Shown: positions 39,268-48,418, counted from the first letter of the stretch. The stretch is DNA of 64,000 bases from an uncultured Candidatus Saccharibacteria bacterium (GCA_964478705.1 CAYZIR010000004.1:2905-66904), one strand, 5' to 3'. The notes: a model not told the origin generated them from the letters alone. Program-made: numbers and translations.

Positions 39268-39300
39268 CTTTTAAAAAATCCCGCTTCGGCGGGGTTTTTT
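39268..39300 (+). terminator. rho-independent terminator (cccgc-ttcg-gcggg + T6)
   Basis: Read directly downstream of the mini-ORF. Confidence 0.65.
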
Positions 39301-39348
39301 AATTCCTCAATTTTAAAATCCGTCGTCAAGTACTTTATATGATAGAAT

Positions 39349-41907
39349 ATGGTCTCTATGGGCTTTCTGCGCTCACTATTTGGCGACGATACATCACGCT
39401 TTTTGGCAGAAGCGCGCACTATTGTTGATGCGGTAAATAAAAAAGAAGCAATATACCAGGCGTACACCGACAGTGAACTGCGCGAAAGTACCGTGCGTTT
39501 TAAGGAACGGCTTGGTGCCGGCGAAACACTCGATGATATTCTTCCTGATGCGTTCGCTGCTGTTCGCGAAGCATCTCGACGTACGCTGGGACAGCGTCAT
39601 TACGATGTTCAGCTGATTGGTGGTCTCGCATTACATCGAAACAAGATTGCTGAAATGCGCACCGGAGAAGGAAAGACGTTGGTTGCGACACTCCCTGCAT
39701 ATTTGAACGCGCTCACAGAAAAAGGTGTACATATCATCACGGTGAACGATTACCTCGCTCGGCGTGACGCAACATGGATGGGACAAATTTACGCTTTTCT
39801 CGGATTGTCGGTTGCCGTGATTAACAGTCAGAGTCAATCGTATGTCTACGATCCTGCGCACCTTCCTTCATCAGAGACCGAATCGGCAGATCGAGAACGC
39901 GATGCACTAGGTTCATTCCGTGTTGTGTACGAATTTTTGCGACCATGTAGCAAGCATGACGCATATCGAGCCGATATTACCTACGGAACCAACAGTGAGT
40001 TCGGATTTGACTATTTGCGAGATAATACCGTCTATCGTGAAAGTGATCTTGCTCAACGAACCGACAATGAAGGAGGGCACACCTACGCACTTGTGGACGA
40101 AATCGACTCGATTCTTATCGATGAAGCCCGTACTCCACTCATTATATCGATGGCGACACGTGATGCAGAGAATCTCTACGAAACGTTCGCCACGATAGCC
40201 ACAAATCTTCGAGAAGGAGAACACTATGAGGTTGATGAGAAGAAAAAGGCGGTACTCTTGACTGAAGCAGGTATTGAACAGGCCGAACAAAAACTTGGTC
40301 TCGATAATATCTACACCGATGCGGGTATCCGGTATGTCCATCACCTTGAAACAGCGGTAAAAGCTAAAGCGCTCTACAAGCGTGATCAGCAATATGTTGT
40401 CCGCGACAACAAAATCGTTATCGTTGACGAATTTACCGGTCGTATGCAACCATCGCGCCGATGGTCTGAAGGGTTGCATCAGGCTATCGAAGCAAAAGAA
40501 GGTGTCTTAATTCAAGAAGAATCAAGAACATTTGCCTCAATCACATACCAAAACTACTTCAGACTCTACAGCAAACTCGCTGGTATGACCGGAACCGCGC
40601 GCACAAGCGCAGAAGAATTCTATAAAGTGTATGGTCTTGAGGTTATCGAAATACCAACGCACCGAAGTATTGCTCGAAAAGACTCTAATGACCTTATCTA
40701 TCAAACAGAAAAAGGAAAATTTGCTGCGGTTGCAAAAAAAGTGAAGGAGCTTCACGAGAAAGGTCAGCCAGTGTTGCTTGGTACGGTCTCCATTGATAAA
40801 AATGAATTATTGTCACTCCATCTTCGTAGCGAAGGGATACCGCACACGGTGTTGAATGCTAAAAATCACGAGCAAGAAGGAGAAATCATTGCAGAGGCAG
40901 GAAAGCGCGGTGCGGTGACGGTTGCGACCAACATGGCGGGGCGCGGTGTCGACATTAAACTCGGGGGTGTGTCTGCCACACCAGAAGAGTACGAAGCCAT
41001 TAAATCCTTGGGCGGGCTCTTTGTGATTGGTACCGAACGTCATGAAGCGCGCCGTATCGACGAACAGCTCCGCGGGCGTTCAGGACGTCAGGGTGATCCC
41101 GGAGAAACACAGTTCTTCGTTTCACTTGAAGACTCATTGATGCGAGTATTCGCATCTGACACAGTAAAATCGATGATGGGTCGATTGGGGATACCGGAAG
41201 ATATGCCAATTGAGAACCGTTTGATTAATCGCTCGCTCGAGTCAGCTCAAAAGAAGATTGAAGGTCTCCATTTTGACGCGCGAAAACACGTTCTTGAGTT
41301 TGACGACGTATTGAATACACAACGTGGGAGTGTATATAGTCAGCGTCGTCAATTGCTCTCTGGGAAACACGAAGATGTCATGCGTGTTTTTAAAGAAATG
41401 ACTGAAGATAATGTAGATATGGCTGACCTTATAGAAAAGAAGCGTCTTGAAATGGGAGATGAAGCATTTTTTGAGAGCGTGCGACGTTTGATATTACAAA
41501 CAATCGATATGTTTTGGGTCGAGCACCTTGAGCTTATGGACTATACGCGCTCAAGCGTGTCACTGCGCGCCTATGGACAGCGTGATCCGTTGGTTGAATA
41601 CAGACGAGAAGGGCTTCGTTTGTTCCGTGATATGCAATCTGCGATTCGTGCACATGTACAATCATTAATTCCAAACATAAATCCCACTGCTCTGTCACGA
41701 GATGAAGAACGTCTTCGTAAAGAACACGAACGGTTGAAGGCGATTAGCTCTGGTGAGTCAGAAAAGGTGACGCCGGTTGTGCGTCTTGGTAGTACGTTTG
41801 GTCGGAATGATATGGTCACTATTACCAACGGCACTGACACACAGGTCGTGAAGTACAAGAAAGCAGAACACTTGCTTGAAAGTGGTGAGTGGAAAATTGT
41901 TTCCTAA
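39349..41907 (+). CDS. secA: preprotein translocase ATPase SecA
   Basis: DEAD motor GKTLVATLPAYLNAL, THRSIARKD; full-length 852 aa. Confidence 0.95.
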   Translation: MVSMGFLRSLFGDDTSRFLAEARTIVDAVNKKEAIYQAYTDSELRESTVRFKERLGAGETLDDILPDAFAAVREASRRTLGQRHYDVQLIGGLALHRNKIAEMRTGEGKTLVATLPAYLNALTEKGVHIITVNDYLARRDATWMGQIYAFLGLSVAVINSQSQSYVYDPAHLPSSETESADRERDALGSFRVVYEFLRPCSKHDAYRADITYGTNSEFGFDYLRDNTVYRESDLAQRTDNEGGHTYALVDEIDSILIDEARTPLIISMATRDAENLYETFATIATNLREGEHYEVDEKKKAVLLTEAGIEQAEQKLGLDNIYTDAGIRYVHHLETAVKAKALYKRDQQYVVRDNKIVIVDEFTGRMQPSRRWSEGLHQAIEAKEGVLIQEESRTFASITYQNYFRLYSKLAGMTGTARTSAEEFYKVYGLEVIEIPTHRSIARKDSNDLIYQTEKGKFAAVAKKVKELHEKGQPVLLGTVSIDKNELLSLHLRSEGIPHTVLNAKNHEQEGEIIAEAGKRGAVTVATNMAGRGVDIKLGGVSATPEEYEAIKSLGGLFVIGTERHEARRIDEQLRGRSGRQGDPGETQFFVSLEDSLMRVFASDTVKSMMGRLGIPEDMPIENRLINRSLESAQKKIEGLHFDARKHVLEFDDVLNTQRGSVYSQRRQLLSGKHEDVMRVFKEMTEDNVDMADLIEKKRLEMGDEAFFESVRRLILQTIDMFWVEHLELMDYTRSSVSLRAYGQRDPLVEYRREGLRLFRDMQSAIRAHVQSLIPNINPTALSRDEERLRKEHERLKAISSGESEKVTPVVRLGSTFGRNDMVTITNGTDTQVVKYKKAEHLLESGEWKIVS

Positions 41908-41914
41908 CGCATCC

Positions 41915-42574
41915 ATGATTGAACACCTCATAACCTCGATCCAGGTTTTTGCACTGTCATGGGGTGCGTGGGGTGTTTTTGGCCTCGCGTTTCTTCAAGA
42001 AATCATTCCACCAATACCCTCAACCTTAGTGACGGTCGCAAGCGGTTTTCTGTTTCTTGAGAACGCACCAATCACAGGTGCATCAATACTTAATCTCTTT
42101 TTGATGGTAGGCCTTCCGATTGCAGGAGGACTGACCATCGGTGCAATGATTGTGTACGGGATTGTGTATGTCGGGGGAAGACCGCTCGTGCGACGATACG
42201 GCCATTTGATTGGAACGTCAGAAGAAGATATTGAGCGGCTTCACACGCGCATGAAAGGTACAACGAATGACGAGGTGATTCTCTTCGCACTTCGCGCGTT
42301 TCCGTTGACCCCGAGCATTCTTTTAAACGTTTTTGCTGGTATCGTTCGATGGAATCCACTTTCATTCCTTATTTCAACCTTTTTTGGAACGATTATCCGA
42401 GCGATGTGGTCTGGCTTTATCGGATGGCAACTCGGTGCCGTATATGTCCACTATGCGGATTTTATAGAACAAGGTCAGACACTTGTCTTGTTTATTGCAC
42501 TCGGCCTCCTTGTTTTATTCTTCTACCGTCGTCGGCAGAAGATGCGCTACAATAAAGGTATTGTTCAGCCCTAA
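41915..42574 (+). CDS. DedA/SNARE-associated (TVP38) family membrane protein
   Basis: E-IIPPIPSTLVTVASGFL motif. Confidence 0.65.
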   Translation: MIEHLITSIQVFALSWGAWGVFGLAFLQEIIPPIPSTLVTVASGFLFLENAPITGASILNLFLMVGLPIAGGLTIGAMIVYGIVYVGGRPLVRRYGHLIGTSEEDIERLHTRMKGTTNDEVILFALRAFPLTPSILLNVFAGIVRWNPLSFLISTFFGTIIRAMWSGFIGWQLGAVYVHYADFIEQGQTLVLFIALGLLVLFFYRRRQKMRYNKGIVQP

Positions 42575-42583
42575 TAATTTTAT

Positions 42584-42928
42584 ATGAAACTCATCTTTCG
42601 ACTTCTCGTGAACGCCCTTGCGATTCTTGCGGTCGCATATTTCGTACCAGGCGTTATGGTCGCCTCGTTTACCACCGCGCTCATCGTTGCATTGGTACTC
42701 GGACTCCTCAACGTTATCATCAAACCAATTCTTTTGATTTTGACTCTTCCAATCACCATTTTGACACTCGGACTCTTCACGTTGGTCATCAATGCGCTCC
42801 TCTTTTGGTTTGCATCAACATTCATCAGTGGGTTTAGCGTTTCAGGATTCGGCCCAGCATTCTTCGGTGCGTTGATCGTCTCTGCGGTCAACTTCTTCGC
42901 GCACCGACTCATTGCAGATAAAGACTAA
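42584..42928 (+). CDS. DUF360 / phage-holin-4-like small membrane protein
   Basis: 114 aa, three TM helices, pattern of the Phage_holin_4_2 family. Confidence 0.5.
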   Translation: MKLIFRLLVNALAILAVAYFVPGVMVASFTTALIVALVLGLLNVIIKPILLILTLPITILTLGLFTLVINALLFWFASTFISGFSVSGFGPAFFGALIVSAVNFFAHRLIADKD

Positions 42929-42932
42929 AAGA

Positions 42933-43838
42933 ATGAGCAAAAAACGGATTGTCACCCATAGCGATGGATTCCACGCCGATGATGTATTCGGTGTCGCGGC
43001 GCTCACACTTCTTCTTGGAAAAGAAAATATTGAAGTCATTCGTAGCCGTGACCAAGAAATTATTGACTCGGGTGACTACGTCCTTGATACAGGCTATGTG
43101 TATGATGCTGACAAGAATAAATTCGATCATCATCAAAAAGGAGGTGCAGGTTCACGTGACAACGGTATTCCATATGCAGCGTTTGGTTTGATTTGGAAGA
43201 AATTCGGTATAGAGATTGCCGGTTCATCAAAAATAGCTGACCAGATTGAACGAGATCTCGTGGAACCTATTGATGCCTTCGACAATGGGGTAGTGTTGTA
43301 TCAATCAACTCACCCATCGGGGGTTCAGCCATTGCTTCTTCAGTATGTTCTTTTTGCCTTTGAACCAGCGCGTGGGGAATCCAAAGATCAAGATGAATCG
43401 TTTTTTGAAGCTGTTGCGTTCGCTCAACATCTTCTTAAACGAAAAATCATTCACGCAAAGGCAGAAGATGAAGCGGAAAGTATTGTTAGATCATCCTATG
43501 AAACTGCTTCTGATAAGCGAATTATTCTCGTTGAAGCAACTCCGACTGTTGACCGTGTACCCACAACGTTTGTTCTCATTGAATATCCTGAGCCTCTATT
43601 CTTCATTCGTCAGCACGAAAATGCTAATTGGCAGGTCGTTGCGATACCTGTGAGCAAAGAGAATTTCTTTACTCAGAGAAAACCTTTTCCAGAAGCATGG
43701 GGTGGTTTAGGTAATGAGGAGCTTGCACGTGTCACTGGTGTCCCAGATTCGATTTTTTGTCATAAAGGGCGCTTCATGGCTGTTGCACAGTCGAAAGAAG
43801 GCGCGCTCGCGCTCGCGAGACTGGCACTCGAAGCGTAG
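42933..43838 (+). CDS. MYG1-family (UPF0160) metal-dependent hydrolase/exonuclease
   Basis: THSDGFHADDVFGVAAL...DHHQ signature. Confidence 0.8.
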   Translation: MSKKRIVTHSDGFHADDVFGVAALTLLLGKENIEVIRSRDQEIIDSGDYVLDTGYVYDADKNKFDHHQKGGAGSRDNGIPYAAFGLIWKKFGIEIAGSSKIADQIERDLVEPIDAFDNGVVLYQSTHPSGVQPLLLQYVLFAFEPARGESKDQDESFFEAVAFAQHLLKRKIIHAKAEDEAESIVRSSYETASDKRIILVEATPTVDRVPTTFVLIEYPEPLFFIRQHENANWQVVAIPVSKENFFTQRKPFPEAWGGLGNEELARVTGVPDSIFCHKGRFMAVAQSKEGALALARLALEA

Positions 43839-43844
43839 TGATGG

Positions 43845-44172
43845 TATAGTTTCCCCGGACAGTTCTTCTGGACAACAGAGAGGACGGCGCTTGAGGATTG
43901 GCAACCTCGCTTCGGTGTAGGTGTCGCACCTACGACCAACGTCTCTGACACATACTCACGCCCCCAGCTTCGCATGGCGATGCTCCTGGGTTTGTGGCCG
44001 AAACTAACCCCGTCGGTTCCCGACGGGAATCGGTCTGTTGTTGAGTAGTTGAGTATGCGCGTTGTCAGGATCCTGAGCCACCGGGCCAAGGATTTCTTCC
44101 AAGTCTAGAGGAGCTGTCCAACTCCTCAAATTTTACGCCCGCGCGAAATCTGCGCGGCGTTTTCTTTTTCTT
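43845..44172 (+). ncRNA. candidate structured ncRNA of unknown class with its own intrinsic terminator
   Basis: 380-nt ORF-free, GC-rich gap with several strong hairpins; ends in ccgcgc-gaaatct-gcgcgg + TTTTCTTTTT about 50 nt before the obg start. Confidence 0.35.
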
Positions 44173-44219
44173 CATTCGCTTCTTCGCGCTCAATGCTATA
44201 AGCTACATGCTATACGACT

Positions 44220-45206
44220 ATGACCTCATTCGTTGATGAACTAAAACTCCATGCATCTGCTGGTAAGGGTGGCGACGGCGTCGTTCGCTGGCTTCACGTG
44301 AAAGGCAAAGATCTCTCTGGCCCTGCTGGTGGCGACGGTGGTCGCGGTGGCAACGTTGTTGCGAAAGCGGTACGCGAGTTGACCGCACTCTCAGCATATG
44401 TCCATCACCCAAGCTATAAAGCCGAAGACGGTGGTTCGGGCGGTAGCAAAACCAAAGAAGGGAAAAACGGTGACGATTTTGTATTTGAAGTTCCTATTGG
44501 AACCGTTATCACGAACGATGACACCGGTGAAGATTTTGAGTTACTCGAAGAAGGTCAAACAGCAATGCTTCTTGCGGGAGGTGTTCCAGGGCGGGGCAAT
44601 GTGCATTTCAAAGGTTCAAAGAATACGAGCCCAACACAATTCACGCTCGGAAAGGAAGGTGAGTCAGGTAATTTCCGTTTTGAATTAAAACTCGTCGTTG
44701 ATGTGGGACTTGTCGGTCTTCCAAACGCGGGGAAGTCGAGCCTCTTGAATGCGCTTACAGGGGCGCATGCGAAAGTTGCGAACTATGCATTCACAACCTT
44801 AAACCCGATGCTTGGTGTTCTGTATGGGTATGTTCTTGCTGACATCCCTGGGCTGATCGAAGGTGCAGCGGACGGAAAGGGTCTCGGGCATACATTTCTT
44901 CGTCATGTGACACGCACAAAAACGATTGCACACTGCGTGTCGTTCGAAGAACTCGACATGGTAAAAGCGTACGAGACAGTTCGGGAAGAGCTTACGGCAT
45001 ACAGCAACGTGCTTGCCGAAAAACCAGAGATTGTTATTTGCACAAAATCGGATGTCACCACACCAGCGGAAGTCCAAGAAAGGATGAAAGAATTGTCAGA
45101 GAAATGTGCGATTGACCCTGCGGATATGATTGCGGTCTCCGTTTATGATGACGCATCTATAAAGTCGTTGAGCGATTTTTTGACCGGACGACTAAAAAGT
45201 GTTTAG
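44220..45206 (+). CDS. obg: GTPase Obg (short form, no C-terminal OCT domain)
   Basis: Obg-fold Gly-rich N-domain GKGGDGVVRW...GGDGGRGGNV and GTPase G1 GLVGLPNAGKSSLL, G3 DIPGLIEGA, G4 TKSD. Confidence 0.9.
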   Translation: MTSFVDELKLHASAGKGGDGVVRWLHVKGKDLSGPAGGDGGRGGNVVAKAVRELTALSAYVHHPSYKAEDGGSGGSKTKEGKNGDDFVFEVPIGTVITNDDTGEDFELLEEGQTAMLLAGGVPGRGNVHFKGSKNTSPTQFTLGKEGESGNFRFELKLVVDVGLVGLPNAGKSSLLNALTGAHAKVANYAFTTLNPMLGVLYGYVLADIPGLIEGAADGKGLGHTFLRHVTRTKTIAHCVSFEELDMVKAYETVREELTAYSNVLAEKPEIVICTKSDVTTPAEVQERMKELSEKCAIDPADMIAVSVYDDASIKSLSDFLTGRLKSV

Positions 45207-45224
45207 AATTTTCTCACTGTTGTC

Positions 45225-45628
45225 TTTTTAAGGGAGAGCATTTACTATTTTCGATGGGTGTTCTTCGGCGAGAAAGCAAAAGCGATCCCGTCTTGAAAGA
45301 GGCGGATGAGCCCAAACTCAGGTGGTTGCTAAGGCGGTAAGGCCTATCCACTACGAGGGTTGAGGGAATGGTGCGTTTGTTGTACTTACCGTACACAAGG
45401 GAAGTTACAAAACGCCGGGCGCAAGGAGCCTGACGACTTCCCAGTGCCAACTTGATTCCCGAGTATCTTCATTGTCGCTTCGGCGTATAGTGGAGAGAAT
45501 CAGGGTGCGGAAGATCGAATTCTTTTCCAAGAGGAAACCACCAAAGTTCCTTGTTCTTACTTTGGTGCTGTCTACGACAGAAAAGAGATCGACTTCATCC
45601 AAGGCTAAAGCAACGGAGAACGCCCACC
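45225..45628 (+). ncRNA. rnpB: probable RNase P RNA (bacterial type A-like, divergent)
   Basis: GCTGTC-TACG-ACAGAAAAGAGATCG matches the E. coli M1 P18/CR-V segment CUGUC-CACG-ACAGAACCCGGCUUA; the 3' strand AAGAGATCG can pair with the 5' GCGATC(ccg)TCTT after GAGAAAGC (P4); internal ...GCGGTAAGGCC...GAGGGTTGAGGGAATGGTGCG resembles CR-II/III; intrinsic terminator follows. Confidence 0.55.
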
Positions 45629-45629
45629 T

Positions 45630-45656
45630 GGCCGGTAACCATCCCGGCCTTTTTCT
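45630..45656 (+). terminator. rho-independent terminator (ggccgg-taaccatc-ccggcc + T5)
   Basis: Read directly; immediately before the gatB -10 region (cataat). Confidence 0.65.
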
Positions 45657-45694
45657 TATCTACGAATTTCTTTCTGTGGCATAATGACAGAATC

Positions 45695-47110
45695 ATGAGT
45701 GAGTACAAGCCAACAATCGGCCTTGAAATACACGTCGAACTGAAGACGCAGACGAAGATGTTCTGCGATTCGAAGAACGACCCAGACGAAAAGGAACCGA
45801 ACGTGAATATCTGTCCGGTGTGCATGGCGCATCCGGGAACGTTGCCAACCATCAACCGAAAAGCGGTTGAACACGTACTTCGTGTCGGTGTTGCGGTCGG
45901 TGGGACGCTCGCAGACTACTCTGAATTCGACCGCAAGAACTATTTCTATCCCGATATTCCGAAAGGCTACCAAATCAGCCAATACGCATATCCATTGGTG
46001 AAAGGTGGCTCGCTTCTCGCGAATGGAAATGAGGTTGCGATAACACGTATCCATCTTGAGGAAGATACCGCCCGTTCACAACACGAGGGTAATCACTCGC
46101 TGATTGATTTTAACCGCGCGGGAGTGCCGTTGATGGAATTGGTAACCGAACCGGTGATTCATGATGCAAAAACCGCAGGCGACTTCGGCCGAGAACTTCA
46201 GCTTCTTCTCCGTACACTCGGTGTATCGGACGCAGATATGGAAAAAGGACACTTGCGCGTCGAAGTAAACATTTCAGTATCAAAAGACGGAACACTCGGA
46301 ACAAAAACCGAAATTAAGAACATCAACTCATTCCGCGCTGCGGAGAAGGCAATTGAATACGAAATTGTTCGCCAGACCGCAGCGCTTGAAGCGGGTGAGG
46401 AAATCGTTCAAGAAACACGCGGATGGGATGACGCAAAAGGTGAAACATTTTCGCAACGAAAAAAGGAATCCTCGCACGATTACCGCTACTTCCCAGATCC
46501 TGACCTGCCAAAGATGAAGATTTCTGACATTCCTGAATGGAGCGTCGAACGTTTGCGCGATACGCTTCCCGAACTTCCTGCACAAAAGCGTGAACGACTT
46601 TCTGCTCTTGGTTTGAACAAAGATCAAGTCGAGCTTTTTGTCTCTGACTTTTCAGTCGGAACATACTTTGACGCGGTGTCACAAGAGCTCAAAGATGAAG
46701 CTCTCATCAAATCAGCCGGCAATTACATCGCTGCCGACTTGGTTGGGCTTTTGTCCGATTTTTCAACAAATAAAATAGCTCCAGAAATCTTTGCGAAGCT
46801 GATCCGTATGACAGCAGATGGAACACTTTCCTCACGTGGTGCAAAAGATGTGCTCGCGGTTTTGGTCACAGAAGGCGGAGAGCCAGAAGAAATCGCAAAG
46901 CGTTTGGGCGTAATCCAAGAAAATGATATCGAAGCAATTCGAGCAATCGTAAAACAAATCATCAATGAAAACCCGAAAGTTGTTGCTGACATCAAGGGTG
47001 GTAAAGAAAACCTCCTCCAGTTTTTGGTAGGGCAGGGAATGAAGATCTCAAAAGGCTCTGCGAATCCAAAGGTCTTGGGCGACTTGATTCGAGAAGAATT
47101 GACAAAATAG
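45695..47110 (+). CDS. gatB: aspartyl/glutamyl-tRNA(Asn/Gln) amidotransferase subunit B
   Basis: MSEYKPTIGLEIHVEL...NICPVCMAHPGTLP canonical GatB N-terminus and YqeY-like C-terminus. Confidence 0.9.
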   Translation: MSEYKPTIGLEIHVELKTQTKMFCDSKNDPDEKEPNVNICPVCMAHPGTLPTINRKAVEHVLRVGVAVGGTLADYSEFDRKNYFYPDIPKGYQISQYAYPLVKGGSLLANGNEVAITRIHLEEDTARSQHEGNHSLIDFNRAGVPLMELVTEPVIHDAKTAGDFGRELQLLLRTLGVSDADMEKGHLRVEVNISVSKDGTLGTKTEIKNINSFRAAEKAIEYEIVRQTAALEAGEEIVQETRGWDDAKGETFSQRKKESSHDYRYFPDPDLPKMKISDIPEWSVERLRDTLPELPAQKRERLSALGLNKDQVELFVSDFSVGTYFDAVSQELKDEALIKSAGNYIAADLVGLLSDFSTNKIAPEIFAKLIRMTADGTLSSRGAKDVLAVLVTEGGEPEEIAKRLGVIQENDIEAIRAIVKQIINENPKVVADIKGGKENLLQFLVGQGMKISKGSANPKVLGDLIREELTK

Positions 47111-47206
47111 ATATTTCCTGATATTATTCACGTAGCTTTGTAGAGGGCGTTCGTCATGAGATCTCGGGAACGGGCACTATTAACCCCTAAACCCAAGGAG
47201 GTCGCC

Positions 47207-47602
47207 ATGTCGTGGCTCAAGCCGGTCGCTTCTCGGAGCGACAACAACCCTCACGCGTCGGTCGTCGCATTTCTTGAGCAGGAAGGATTTATCGGACGGG
47301 TGGTGCTCGAGACCCTGAACGGTCTCGACTTCTGCCACTGTCTGTATGACGACTTCGCTCTCGAGGAAGATGAACCACTTCTCGCCTTCATGAATCCCGA
47401 CGAGTATCTTGGCTACGCCAAGCGAATCGTTGCGGAGCTCAAGCAGGTAGAGGAACGGTGGTGGACCGACATCCAAGTCTTGGAAGCTGCGGTACGTGCC
47501 GGGTTCCACTCCGAACAGCTTGCACGGGGATTCATCCGCGAGGAGGATCTTGTGCAGATTGCTCGGCAAGTGATCCAGCAGTACACGGGTGGCCAAGGCT
47601 GA
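47207..47602 (+). CDS. hypothetical cytoplasmic protein (131 aa) in a GC-rich islet
   Basis: Strong RBS AAGGAGG; about 60% GC; followed by a terminator. Confidence 0.5.
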   Translation: MSWLKPVASRSDNNPHASVVAFLEQEGFIGRVVLETLNGLDFCHCLYDDFALEEDEPLLAFMNPDEYLGYAKRIVAELKQVEERWWTDIQVLEAAVRAGFHSEQLARGFIREEDLVQIARQVIQQYTGGQG

Positions 47603-47605
47603 TCC

Positions 47606-47640
47606 GTTTGAGCTCCGCGCACAGCGGAGCTCTTTTTATA
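47606..47640 (+). terminator. rho-independent terminator (gagctccgc-gcacag-cggagctc + T5)
   Basis: Read directly. Confidence 0.65.
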
Positions 47641-47683
47641 CAATCTATTGTCACTTTCCTATTCGTGCGAATTGGAAAGTGAT

Positions 47684-47712
47684 TGACAAAGTTGTATTTT
47701 ATGATATTGTGA
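47684..47712 (+). promoter_or_regulatory. sigma70-like promoter (TTGACA -35; TATGATATTGT extended -10 region)
   Basis: Consensus hexamer about 85 nt upstream of the secreted-protein gene. Confidence 0.45.
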
Positions 47713-47773
47713 ACAGCGGACGTTCAAGACAGCGATTGACGCTGTCTTTTGAAATCTTTTGGAAGGAGCAGTC

Positions 47774-48316
47774 ATGAAGAACCGGAGTCTACGCATCTTG
47801 CTCATCCTCCTCGGCCTCACCTTCGCTGTTTCGATCGCCATGGCTGACGAGGTGCAGAAGTGCTCCATCAAGGAGCCACGGCTCGTCGTCAGTTTCGTCA
47901 GTGACGATGCCGAGTCGCCCGTGAACGGAAACGAAGCACAGGGCAACTTCAGCATCATCTTCACGGCGGAGGCCGAGGGAGGACGGCGGTACATCCCGAG
48001 AAGGATGCGCCGGGAGGAGGATTTCCTCATCATGAGGAATCAAGATCCCGTCAATCCCTATCGGTTTCTCGTGTCAGCGTCGTCTACTTTCGACGCGACT
48101 CCGCCCTCAGCATGTGACACGCCGTGGCACTTTTGTGTCGCCGATGGTCAAACACGGTTATTCGCCGTCGGAGTGACACTCGATTATCCCCAGGAGTCCT
48201 CGTATTTCTCGATTCACCTGCGGCGGCTCGACGTCACCGGCAAGGTGAAGTACGAGCCGAACATTCGCGCCTTTGGCACGGATTCGGTTTTCATCAGCCG
48301 TTTCGATTACGACTAG
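47774..48316 (+). CDS. hypothetical secreted protein (180 aa) in a GC-rich islet
   Basis: RBS GGAAGGAG; signal peptide MKNRSLRILLILLGLTFAVSIAMA; about 58% GC with GC3-rich codons. Confidence 0.55.
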   Translation: MKNRSLRILLILLGLTFAVSIAMADEVQKCSIKEPRLVVSFVSDDAESPVNGNEAQGNFSIIFTAEAEGGRRYIPRRMRREEDFLIMRNQDPVNPYRFLVSASSTFDATPPSACDTPWHFCVADGQTRLFAVGVTLDYPQESSYFSIHLRRLDVTGKVKYEPNIRAFGTDSVFISRFDYD

Positions 48317-48328
48317 CCACGCATATCA

Positions 48329-48358
48329 CCGCCGACCCTTCACGGGTCGGCGGTTTTC
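48329..48358 (+). terminator. rho-independent terminator (ccgccgaccc-ttcac-gggtcggcgg + TTTT)
   Basis: Read directly. Confidence 0.65.
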
Positions 48359-48418
48359 ACATGGTATAATTTCTGCATTACCCTAGTGTTCAACCCTACA
48401 CCCTAATTTTCTATTCTC

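Noticed and set aside
43760-44089. 109-aa minus-strand ORF inside the obg-upstream gap
   Set aside because: No RBS, overlaps the MYG1 3' end, Ser/Ala-rich translation; the region is better explained as structured RNA with a plus-strand terminator.
43845-44172. tmRNA, SRP RNA or RNase P identity for the first RNA candidate
   Set aside because: No tRNA-like T-arm with a GGUUCGA-type loop, no ALAA-type tag frame, no AGCAG/GGAA SRP domain IV motif, no P4/CR-V motifs found by eye; left unclassified.
45214-45684. Three 65-78-aa ORFs (45214-45450 minus, 45405-45602 minus, 45472-45684 plus) inside the RNase P candidate
   Set aside because: Short, mutually overlapping, no RBS; region matches RNase P RNA conserved elements.
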